40,000 nt of DNA, taken from assembly GCA_965230005.1 (NCBI GenBank), contig OZ245934.1, positions 3,474,906 to 3,514,905 on the forward strand, given 5' to 3'. Each line of letters starts with the position of its first letter. Position 1 is the first letter of the stretch. The translations under genes were made by a program, and so were the position numbers. This stretch comes from Pseudomonadales bacterium. Lineage in GTDB: Bacteria; Pseudomonadota; Gammaproteobacteria; Pseudomonadales; Azotimanducaceae. Positions 24,303-31,464 of the stretch are shown here, in pieces. The notes beneath the pieces are model-generated. The model saw nothing but the letters and a program-made list of their open reading frames with translations. It searched no databases and was not told the DNA's origin.

Positions 24303-24689
24303 GACGCCCGGTCTGCTGGACAAAAGGACTATCGCGAGAAGGATAACGAGTGGGAACATTACTCCAATGCCAGCACATCGCCATAGAGAGTAGTACACGC
24401 CACCATCTTCTTCGAATGTTGCGTACACACTACCGAAGAGTTTTCCGGCTAACGCGAAGCTTATCATCGCACTAATGAGGCTAAAGACTATTCCCTGTGA
24501 AGGGAATTCTGGGATCGGGTATGTGGCGGCGAACAGAAGTAACGTGCCAAAAACGATGGCGCCCGCAGCGATTCGCCCGGACGGTTTCATATCTAGAGAT
24601 GAGTAGTTTAAGTACGCAAGCACCGCGAAAGCCAAGCCTGATCCTAGTAAGGTCGCAAGGAAAACTCCTTTTTGACTGTAGAGTTGCAT
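24297..24689 (-). CDS. small multi-TM membrane protein (cassette)
   Basis: 130 aa with ATG start and 4 hydrophobic segments. Stop TAA lies in R''. Confidence 0.65.
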   Translation of the reverse strand: MQLYSQKGVFLATLLGSGLAFAVLAYLNYSSLDMKPSGRIAAGAIVFGTLLLFAATYPIPEFPSQGIVFSLISAMISFALAGKLFGSVYATFEEDGGVYYSLWRCAGIGVMFPLVILLAIVLLSSRPGVA

Positions 24690-24728
24690 AGGCCTACTAA
24701 TATCCTCGGAGAGCGCTGATCGTGTCGC

Positions 24729-24857
24729 CTAACGCCACCGGCATCCACATTTAGCGCATGTTAAAACTTCATCCACATACCCAACACCCGAGTAGTAATC
24801 TTTCGGCACAGGCTCAGAGCAGCTCGGACACTCAAGATTTCGCTTGAAGATGGTCAT
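24729..24857 (-). pseudogene. truncated copy of the Zn-ribbon/TM cassette gene
   Basis: 24737..24871 is identical to 22087..22221. Reading frame ends after 42 codons at the TAG of an orphan GTTAGGC core (24727..24733). Confidence 0.75.
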
Positions 24858-24871
24858 CGTCTGGGGATGAC

Positions 24872-24967
24872 GCCTAACGCCGCGATAAGCGGCGCTTGAG
24901 GGCCGCCGACTGGAGCGGCAGCGAAAGGAGGCGGCGGTCAAGCGTCCGATTCATCGCCTTGTTAGGC
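24872..24967 (-). repeat. integron attC site (first in array)
   Basis: 96 bp. 1 mismatch to consensus. Confidence 0.9.
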
Positions 24968-25000
24968 GTCACTTCGGATGCGCACCTGGGAAACAGCCTT

Positions 25001-25288
25001 TTAGTCATCACCGCTGATCTGCCAATTTATATCAAGGCCTTCGTCGCCATCGTTTCCGCCAGACTCTCGATACTTCTGGTATCCCCATTCATCCTTCGAT
25101 CTATTCTCAGCTTTGTCTCGAGCTTCTTTCTCTTTCTGGTGTTTGCTACGCAGAAACTTTTTGGCATCTTCCTCAGAGAGACGATCCGACTCAGGAATCG
25201 AGTTCCCACAGTACATGCACTTTTGAAACTCTGGGTTTCGAATTGGTTGCCCGCACTTTAAGCACTTAGGTTTCTCACTCTGAGTCAC
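25001..25288 (-). CDS. Zn-ribbon protein with charged tail (first cassette)
   Basis: CLKCG...CMYCG followed by a Lys/Glu-rich region. GTG 25288 is the first start inside the cassette. The track ORF to 25414 (TTG) crosses the attI crossover point. Confidence 0.5.
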   Translation of the reverse strand: MTQSEKPKCLKCGQPIRNPEFQKCMYCGNSIPESDRLSEEDAKKFLRSKHQKEKEARDKAENRSKDEWGYQKYRESGGNDGDEGLDINWQISGDD

Positions 25289-25306
25289 AGGAGATCTCTC
25301 AATGAC

Positions 25307-25420
25307 GCCTAACAGCCAAATAGCCGACAGCGAGTCGTGATGAAACACGACGCACTGTCGCAATAACACGAAAGGTCTCGGCGGGCGTTCACCGCTTTCC
25401 TGTATCTCACCCAAAACTCC
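25307..25420 (-). other. attI recombination site (core GTTAGGC at 25307..25313; outer limit approximate)
   Basis: The same 7-bp core as attC R' sits between intI and the first cassette. The sequence intI-ward of it is unrelated to attC. The extent toward intI is inferred by analogy. Confidence 0.55.
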
Positions 25421-25455
25421 CTAGGCTCGAACCGACAGAAATCTCCTACACACTG

Positions 25456-25483
25456 ATCATACGCTTCCCCGCGATAGGGTCAT
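25456..25483 (-). promoter_or_regulatory. candidate cassette promoter (Pc-like)
   Basis: Minus strand ATGACC-16 nt-TATGAT pointing into the array. Sequence match only. Confidence 0.2.
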
Positions 25484-25519
25484 CGAGCGGGGGCATACTT
25501 TCGCTTTTCAGGCGATATC

Positions 25520-26476
25520 GTGCCAAAGCTTCTTCAGCGAGTGCGAGAAACGGTCCGCATTCGCAACTACTCGATTCGCACTGAGCAGGCTTACGTGTAC
25601 TGGATTCGGCAGTTCATCAGGCACTATGAACTGCAGCACCCTGAGTCAATGAGCGGAGAGCAGGTTGCGGGCTTCTTGAGCCATCTGGCGCTGGAGCGTG
25701 AGGTTGCGCCTAACACTCAACGGGTGGCGCTGAATGCGCTGGTCTTCCTCTACACCCAGGTGCTCGGGCGCCATGAGTTCGAAGTGCCAGGCTATCGCTT
25801 TGCCGAGAAGCCGCGGAAGTTGCCCGTTGTGCTGTCGCGACCGGAGTTGGAAACACTGTTCGCTGCGATGAATGGGCCGTCCCTCCTCTGTGCGAAGCTC
25901 ATGTACGGCTCCGGGCTCCGAGTCATGGAGGTGGTTCGCTTGCGGGTTCACGACGTGGATGTCGAGCGCCTGAGCCTGATGGTGCGTGATGGAAAGGGCT
26001 CGCGGCAGCGCATCACTACGCTCAGTAAGGCAGTCCTTCCGGATCTTTTCCGGCAGCTTTCACTGACTCGACATTACTTCGAGGACGATAGGCAGGCGAA
26101 AGACTGGGCAGGCGTGTTCCTGCCTCATGCCCTCGATCGCAAGTATCCGGCCGCATCGACGGAGTGGGGTTGGCAGTATCTCTTTGGCGCATCCCGCCGA
26201 AGTGTCGACCCTCGCGGCGGCGGACTCCGGCGGCACCACCTTCACGAGCGCACTGTGCAGCGCGCGTTCACTCGCGCAATGCGCGCTTCGGGAATCACTA
26301 AGCCGGCCTCCTGTCATTCCCTGCGCCACTCCTTCGCCACCCATCTGCTCGAGCGCGGCGCAGACATCCGCACGGTTCAGGAGCAGCTCGGGCACTCGGA
26401 TGTGCGGACCACGGAAATCTATACGCACGTGATCAAGCGCGGCGGCCATGGCGTAGTGAGCCCGCTCGATAGCTGA
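25520..26476 (+). CDS. intI: integron integrase IntI (tyrosine recombinase)
   Basis: 318 aa, GTG start. IRTEQAYVYWIRQFI, GSGLRVMEV, GKGSRQR, HSLRHSFATHLL and LGHSDVRTTEIYTHV. Carries the IntI-specific insertion ALDRKYPAASTEWGWQYLF...RRHHLHERTVQRAF. Confidence 0.95.
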   Translation: MPKLLQRVRETVRIRNYSIRTEQAYVYWIRQFIRHYELQHPESMSGEQVAGFLSHLALEREVAPNTQRVALNALVFLYTQVLGRHEFEVPGYRFAEKPRKLPVVLSRPELETLFAAMNGPSLLCAKLMYGSGLRVMEVVRLRVHDVDVERLSLMVRDGKGSRQRITTLSKAVLPDLFRQLSLTRHYFEDDRQAKDWAGVFLPHALDRKYPAASTEWGWQYLFGASRRSVDPRGGGLRRHHLHERTVQRAFTRAMRASGITKPASCHSLRHSFATHLLERGADIRTVQEQLGHSDVRTTEIYTHVIKRGGHGVVSPLDS

Positions 26477-26485
26477 GTGGGCGGC

Positions 26486-27805
26486 TCAGTTGACCGTGTT
26501 GAAGTCCACTTCGATGGCCGTGCCCGCGCCGGGCTCACTGCGGGCCGAGATGCTCCAGCCGAACTGGTTGGCGAGCCGTTTGACGATGGAGAGGCCGAGG
26601 CCGTGGCCTTTGGTGATGCCGCGGCTTTCGTCGGCACGGTAGAAAGGCTCGAACGCTTTGTCGAGCTCCTCCGACGTCATACCCACGCCGGAGTCTTCAA
26701 TGCGCACGCGACCGCGATCGATATGCACGTCGACAGCGCCATCGCTCGTGTAGTTCACGGCGTTCCGGATCAGGTTGCCGAGCACGATGTCCACGACGGC
26801 GGCCGGCGCTCGCACGGTCATTTGGGCATGCTCGTGTACCGCAAGCTTGTTATTCGCTTTCTGGGCGATGGCGCCAACCTGATCCAGCTGATGGAGTACC
26901 ACGTCATTCACGTTCACGTCCACGCTGGGCGAGCTGACGTCCTCTTCGCGTGCGAGCATGAGCAGCGTCTGCAGGAGCGTCTCCATGTCGTCGACGGTCC
27001 GACGCATCCGCGCCAGCGCGCGCACTTCATGAGCGGGCCGATCTTCGTTCGCCTCGAGGAGGTCGAGGGTGCCTTTGAAAACGGCAACCGGCGTGCGCAG
27101 TTCGTGGCCGGCGTCGCGGGTGAATACTCGCTCCCGCTCGATGAAGGCAGCCAGCCGCTCGCTGAAATGATTCACGGCTTCCACCATGGTCACCACTTCG
27201 GCGTCCCGTTCGCTTTCCAACCAGGCGAAGTCGAGTTTCGGCGCAGCCGTGCTGTCGAAATCGAAGCTGTCCAGATAGTCGGCGAGACGTACGATCGGCG
27301 AGATGGCGCGCTGCGAGAGGCTGTAGGTGATGTAGCCCATCACGTAAAGCAGGATCAGCACCAGGGCACCGGGAAGAATGCCAAAGAAGAAGGCGAGATC
27401 AGATACCCGGTCGGATTCGAAGACGAGATACAGGCGCTCGCCGCTCCGCTCCGAAACGTGCACGAGCGTTCGCTTGTCGCCGACCATCGCGTCGTGAAAA
27501 CCGAGCGGCGGCAGGCTGCGCAGCAGTTCGGGCACGCCGCTGTCGTCCTCGCCGAAGGCCATGTAGCCGTGAAGGTTATCGACGTCGGGGAGAGGGTGGT
27601 CAGGATTTTCGGCGCGCCGCTCCCAGAAGTGCTCGGCTTCCAGGTTGATGGCTTCGCGCATCACCACCCCGTAAACGAGTTCGTTCGCAAAGTAGATGCC
27701 CGCAGCGATGGTGACGCTGATGATCGCCGCCTGGATGGCGAACAGCCGCACGAGCTTCGCCCGGACCCCGATCGGTCGGGCATGCGCGTTCTTCGCGACG
27801 TTCAC
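26486..27805 (-). CDS. sensor histidine kinase
   Basis: 439 aa, two TM segments. H-box AGHELRTP, N-box LIRNAVNYT, G-boxes EDSGVGM and GHGLGLSIV. GTGA overlap upstream. Confidence 0.9.
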   Translation of the reverse strand: MNVAKNAHARPIGVRAKLVRLFAIQAAIISVTIAAGIYFANELVYGVVMREAINLEAEHFWERRAENPDHPLPDVDNLHGYMAFGEDDSGVPELLRSLPPLGFHDAMVGDKRTLVHVSERSGERLYLVFESDRVSDLAFFFGILPGALVLILLYVMGYITYSLSQRAISPIVRLADYLDSFDFDSTAAPKLDFAWLESERDAEVVTMVEAVNHFSERLAAFIERERVFTRDAGHELRTPVAVFKGTLDLLEANEDRPAHEVRALARMRRTVDDMETLLQTLLMLAREEDVSSPSVDVNVNDVVLHQLDQVGAIAQKANNKLAVHEHAQMTVRAPAAVVDIVLGNLIRNAVNYTSDGAVDVHIDRGRVRIEDSGVGMTSEELDKAFEPFYRADESRGITKGHGLGLSIVKRLANQFGWSISARSEPGAGTAIEVDFNTVN

Positions 27806-28395
27806 TGTGTGTTACTCATGGCTGACCGCTCCCCTGACAGCGCCACGTTGTCTTTCCCCAGTACTGCTTCTCGTCCGGATGCTTCGGACCCCGGCGCCGT
27901 CCACTGCACTGCCTTGCCGAAAACAAGGTAGAACACGACACCCCACGCCGCAGAAATCATACCCAGTCGCAGCGGTTCCACAACGGTTACCGCACCCAGG
28001 CGCTCCCCGGCCAGGTAGGTGACCGGCGCAAACACGGCTGCGAGCAGTCCCGCGAGCCAGGGCCGCGGCTGCAGCCACGCCATGCTGTGATTCACGGTGA
28101 GTGCGAAACCGAGCCAGAGCGCCAGAATCCAGGCGGGCGCAAGTACCGCGCCTTCCCCGTAACTCAATGCATCCAGGGCGATCCACGCGGAGTCAATGGC
28201 AAAACCCACTGCCGCCAGGATCGCCATGATCCAGAGATCGCTTCGGATCAGGGGCTGGCCCACGTTCATGCCGAGCAACAGGCCAACCCCCAGGAAGCCC
28301 CAGATGGGCTGCCCGGCAGCACCACCGATCACGCAGGCGAACCAGGTGACCTGGAAAATCACGGCATTGGCGATGAGATGGCTGCGCGCTTGCAT
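27802..28395 (-). CDS. integral membrane protein (DUF2878-like)
   Basis: 197 aa, about 5 TM helices, ATG start. DUF assignment is from memory and tentative. Confidence 0.5.
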   Translation of the reverse strand: MQARSHLIANAVIFQVTWFACVIGGAAGQPIWGFLGVGLLLGMNVGQPLIRSDLWIMAILAAVGFAIDSAWIALDALSYGEGAVLAPAWILALWLGFALTVNHSMAWLQPRPWLAGLLAAVFAPVTYLAGERLGAVTVVEPLRLGMISAAWGVVFYLVFGKAVQWTAPGSEASGREAVLGKDNVALSGERSAMSNTQ

Positions 28396-28474
28396 GGCAA
28401 GGAGCTCGTAAACCCTACAGAAACAGTCGGAAAATACTGCGCGTGTGGCCGTGAAAGGCGCGTCACCGTCTCAT

Positions 28475-30070
28475 TTAGGGACTATCTGGCTCTATCTTGC
28501 TGTTTTCACTGACTTTTTCCGGGGCGCCAAGGCCCGGAGGGCGCCGATGGCCAGCCGCCTGCTCAAAAGCGTAGGCCATGGCCAGCAGCAAGGGCTCGCT
28601 CCAGGGCCGCCCGAGCAGCTCGAGACCCACGGGTAAGCCGTCATCCGTGAAGCCGGCCGGCATGCTGATGGCCGGCATCCCGCTCTTCGCGGCCAGCTGG
28701 CAGTTGCTGCCATCCTGCGGTTCATAGAGCGGAGCGGCCTTGCGCCGGATCGTCGGGTAGGCCAGGGCATCGAGGTCATCGGCGGCCATGGCGGCGAGCA
28801 CGGCCGTGCGGATCACCTCCCGCTGCGCAAGCGCCGCGCGATAAAGCGGTTCACTCTCCGCGTTCATGGCCTCGGAGACCCGCAGTGGTTCGTCCACCAC
28901 CGGGTGATAGCGACCGCTCAGAAGAATCTCCGTGAGGTTCTGCACCGGTGCGTCGGGGTGCGCGGCCAGGTAGGCGTTAATGTCTGTTTTGAAGTCGTGG
29001 GCGAGCACGAAGAAGCCTGTTGCGTCCACATTCAGAAGGCCGTCGAGATTCGGTATGCGCACCCGCACCAGCTCGGCGCCGAGGGCGGAAAGCTCTGCGG
29101 TCGCCTCGCCGATCACGGCCACCACTTCCGCGTCTTCCCGATCGAGGAGCAGCAGATCCTCGAGCACGCCGATCCGCTTCCCGGCCAGGGCTCCGGGATT
29201 CAGACTGTTCAGGTAGCTGTCCGGCACATGCCCTTCGCTGGCGGCGGTCTGCGGGTCGGCGGGATCGAAGCCGACCACGGCATCGAGCACGATGGCGAGA
29301 TCCGCAACCGAGCGGGCGAGCGGTCCGGCTATGTCCTGGGTGTGCGAGAGCGGAATGATGCCGCGGCGGCTGGCGAGGCCCTGCGTGCCGCGCAGTCCCA
29401 CGAGGTTGTTGTGGGCGGCCGGAATCCGGATGGAGCCGCAGGTGTCGGAGCCCATGCCAACGGCGGCAAAGTTCGCCGCCACGGCAGCACCCGTGCCGCC
29501 GCTCGAACCACCCGGGTTTCGCCTCGGATCGTAGGGGTTGCGCACGGCACCGAAGGCCGACCCTTCGCTGGTAATACCGTAGGCGAATTCGTGCATGTTG
29601 GTCTTGCCGAGGATGATGGCCCCCGCTTCACGCAGGCGTTCGACCAGGGCCGCATCGTGATCGGGTGCAAAATCGTGCAGCAGCACGGATCCCGCCGTAG
29701 TCGGCATACCGCGGGTTTCGAAGTTGTCTTTCACCAGCACGGGGATGCCATGCAGCGGGCCCCGCGGACCTCGGGTCACCCGTTCCGAGTCGAGGACGTC
29801 GGCCATGCGCAACGCATCTTCGTTCAGGGCTGCGATGCTGTTCAGCGCCGGGCCCGCGGCGTCATAGCGGGAGATTCGCTCGAGATAAAACTCCGTGAGT
29901 GACCGGGCTGTGAGGCGGCCCTTGCCCATGGCCAGCTGCAGTTCCAGGATCGACGCCTCGAGGGGATCGAAGGCTGTCGAGGGGTCCTCCGGCGCGTCCT
30001 GCGCAGACAAGAATCCCAACGGAGCTGCCGCAAGCAGGAGGATCAGGCTTGTCCCAAGCCACCGGCTCAC
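28475..30070 (-). CDS. secreted amidase (amidase signature family)
   Basis: 531 aa with signal peptide. AS signature GGSSGGTGAAVAA...GSDTCGSIRIPA. GTG start. Confidence 0.9.
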   Translation of the reverse strand: MSRWLGTSLILLLAAAPLGFLSAQDAPEDPSTAFDPLEASILELQLAMGKGRLTARSLTEFYLERISRYDAAGPALNSIAALNEDALRMADVLDSERVTRGPRGPLHGIPVLVKDNFETRGMPTTAGSVLLHDFAPDHDAALVERLREAGAIILGKTNMHEFAYGITSEGSAFGAVRNPYDPRRNPGGSSGGTGAAVAANFAAVGMGSDTCGSIRIPAAHNNLVGLRGTQGLASRRGIIPLSHTQDIAGPLARSVADLAIVLDAVVGFDPADPQTAASEGHVPDSYLNSLNPGALAGKRIGVLEDLLLLDREDAEVVAVIGEATAELSALGAELVRVRIPNLDGLLNVDATGFFVLAHDFKTDINAYLAAHPDAPVQNLTEILLSGRYHPVVDEPLRVSEAMNAESEPLYRAALAQREVIRTAVLAAMAADDLDALAYPTIRRKAAPLYEPQDGSNCQLAAKSGMPAISMPAGFTDDGLPVGLELLGRPWSEPLLLAMAYAFEQAAGHRRPPGLGAPEKVSENSKIEPDSP

Positions 30071-31464
30071 CAGATTGCCTCGCCTTCCGAATGCTGAGGC
30101 GGCTCGATGGCGAGGAGCTTCGCCACCGTGGCCGCCAGATCAATCTGCCGAACTTCAGCAGGCAGAGCCTTCGGCACGCTCCGGCCCATGGCGAAGAAGA
30201 TGCCGCCCATGTCCGGATGCTGCGGGTCATAGCCGTGCATGCCGAGCTCTTTACCCATGAGCGTGGCTGCGTTGATCAGGGCCCGCTGCGAGGCGGACAC
30301 CTCGTAGAGCGTGTAGGGCGGCGGGACGAGCAGAACCCAGTCGCCAAGGCGCGTGTCGCGGCGCAAGCGATAAGGCGCCGGCAGCTCTTCACGCTTGTAG
30401 TAGCTGCTCCCGGGTACTTCGGCAAAAAACTCATCCAGGGTGCTGCGCACCAGCGCGTCGTCGGCCGGCTCCTCGAGATGCACCTGAGCGACCGCGCCCC
30501 CCAGCACCCGCGCTTTGATGCCCGCATCCGCGAGCGCGCCGCGGATGTCGAGGTAGTCGGTAGCCACAGCCATGCCGTGATCGGAAACGAGGATGAGGCT
30601 CAGCCGGGGCCAGAGCTCGAGCGCATCGATACCCTCCAGCAGTCGCACGAGCTGCAAATCCTGGGCCCGAATCTGCGCGGCAATGCCCCTGCCGTTCGGT
30701 CCCTCGTCGTGGCCGATGCTGTCGGCTCCGGCCCAGTAAGACATGATCAACCGGGGCCGCTCACCCTCCGGCAGCGCCAGCCACTCGAGGATCTGATCGA
30801 CTTTTACCGACTCCGGGCGATCGCCGTCGAAGGGCGCCACGCGGTAGCGGGTGCCGAGGCCCCGCCAGTCGGACTCGGACCCCACCCAGAAGTAGGTGGC
30901 CGTATCCACGCCCTGCCGCTGGGCGGCGATCCAGAGCGGCTCCGCTTCGATCCAGTTCGCATCGGCGTCATAGGCATAACGGCCGCGATCGGGATCGAGG
31001 AACACGTTGTCGACGATACCGTGGCGATCGGGATGGGTGCCGGTAGCCATGGAGACATGGGTCGGGAAGGTATTCGAAGGGAACACGGGCGTGAGGCGCC
31101 CGGCTCTCGCGCCTTCGCGCTCAACGCGGCGCAGACCGGGAAACTCTCCGAGATCGGGAAAGTCGTGGCGCATGCCGTCCCAGCTGAGCACCACCACAAT
31201 CGGATCAGCGTCTGGTTCACCTGGAGCGTTCGACACGGCCGAACCCGAGTCTCCCGCGTTGACGGTTTCGCCGGCATCGCCAGCGGTTTCTCCGCGGACG
31301 ATGCCCTGGGTGGCCTGGCTCTGTTCGGCGCCTGTGGCCTGCTCGACACCTGTGGCTTTCTCGACACCCTTCGCAGCCTCGCCGCGCTCGCCACGGTCCG
31401 CACAGCCGAACGGCAGCACAAGCGCCAGCAGCAGCGCGGCGATACTGAGCGGACGCGTATTCAT
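30067..31464 (-). CDS. nucleotide pyrophosphatase/phosphodiesterase (alkaline phosphatase superfamily) lipoprotein
   Basis: 465 aa, lipobox LPFGC. VLSWDGMRHD and FPSNTFPTHVSMATGTHPDRHGIVDN. Confidence 0.85.
   Translation of the reverse strand: MNTRPLSIAALLLALVLPFGCADRGERGEAAKGVEKATGVEQATGAEQSQATQGIVRGETAGDAGETVNAGDSGSAVSNAPGEPDADPIVVVLSWDGMRHDFPDLGEFPGLRRVEREGARAGRLTPVFPSNTFPTHVSMATGTHPDRHGIVDNVFLDPDRGRYAYDADANWIEAEPLWIAAQRQGVDTATYFWVGSESDWRGLGTRYRVAPFDGDRPESVKVDQILEWLALPEGERPRLIMSYWAGADSIGHDEGPNGRGIAAQIRAQDLQLVRLLEGIDALELWPRLSLILVSDHGMAVATDYLDIRGALADAGIKARVLGGAVAQVHLEEPADDALVRSTLDEFFAEVPGSSYYKREELPAPYRLRRDTRLGDWVLLVPPPYTLYEVSASQRALINAATLMGKELGMHGYDPQHPDMGGIFFAMGRSVPKALPAEVRQIDLAATVAKLLAIEPPQHSEGEAIW

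Larger units (their letters stand above)
13447..26476. mobile_element. sedentary chromosomal-type integron (intI + attI + cassette array)
   Basis: intI lies divergent from co-oriented cassettes separated by one attC family. No transposition genes or class-1 conserved segments. The distal end is diffuse. Confidence 0.9.

Noticed and set aside
13544-24941. N-terminal extensions of cassette ORFs through the upstream attC (13544..14116, 21845..22291, 22319..23029, 24729..24941, 20814..21020, 19072..19332)
   Set aside because: The extensions encode the same attC-derived peptide (...SFRCRSS..PSSAAYRGVRRH...) in different genes. Genes were trimmed to the first start inside the cassette.
13447-24967. 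Regularly spaced, near-identical repeats that could be mistaken for a CRISPR array
   Set aside because: The repeats are 96 bp imperfect palindromes with GCCTAAC/GTTAGGC cores. The spacers are 0.4-0.7 kb (one of 145 bp) and contain ORFs, and an integron integrase lies adjacent. These are attC sites, not CRISPR repeats, and no cas genes are present.
19845-25261. Plus-strand track ORFs 19845..20078, 23691..23924, 20975..21775, 21772..22104 and 24896..25261, which begin MRA(V/A/T)(N/D)WSGSERR...
   Set aside because: They all initiate inside attC repeats (hence the shared N-terminal peptide) and run antisense to better-supported cassette genes. They are artefacts of the repeat.
25314-25519. LexA (SOS) box in the intI promoter region
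   Set aside because: The closest string, CTGTCGCAATAACACG (about 25355), lacks the ACAG half-site, and no CTGT-N8-ACAG is present. SOS control cannot be claimed from the sequence.
13447-26476. Mobile class 1/2/3 integron or transposon-borne integron
   Set aside because: There are no tni/tns or transposase genes, no inverted-repeat ends, and no qacEdelta1/sul1. The attC sites are homogeneous and the flanks are chromosomal, so the element is interpreted as sedentary.
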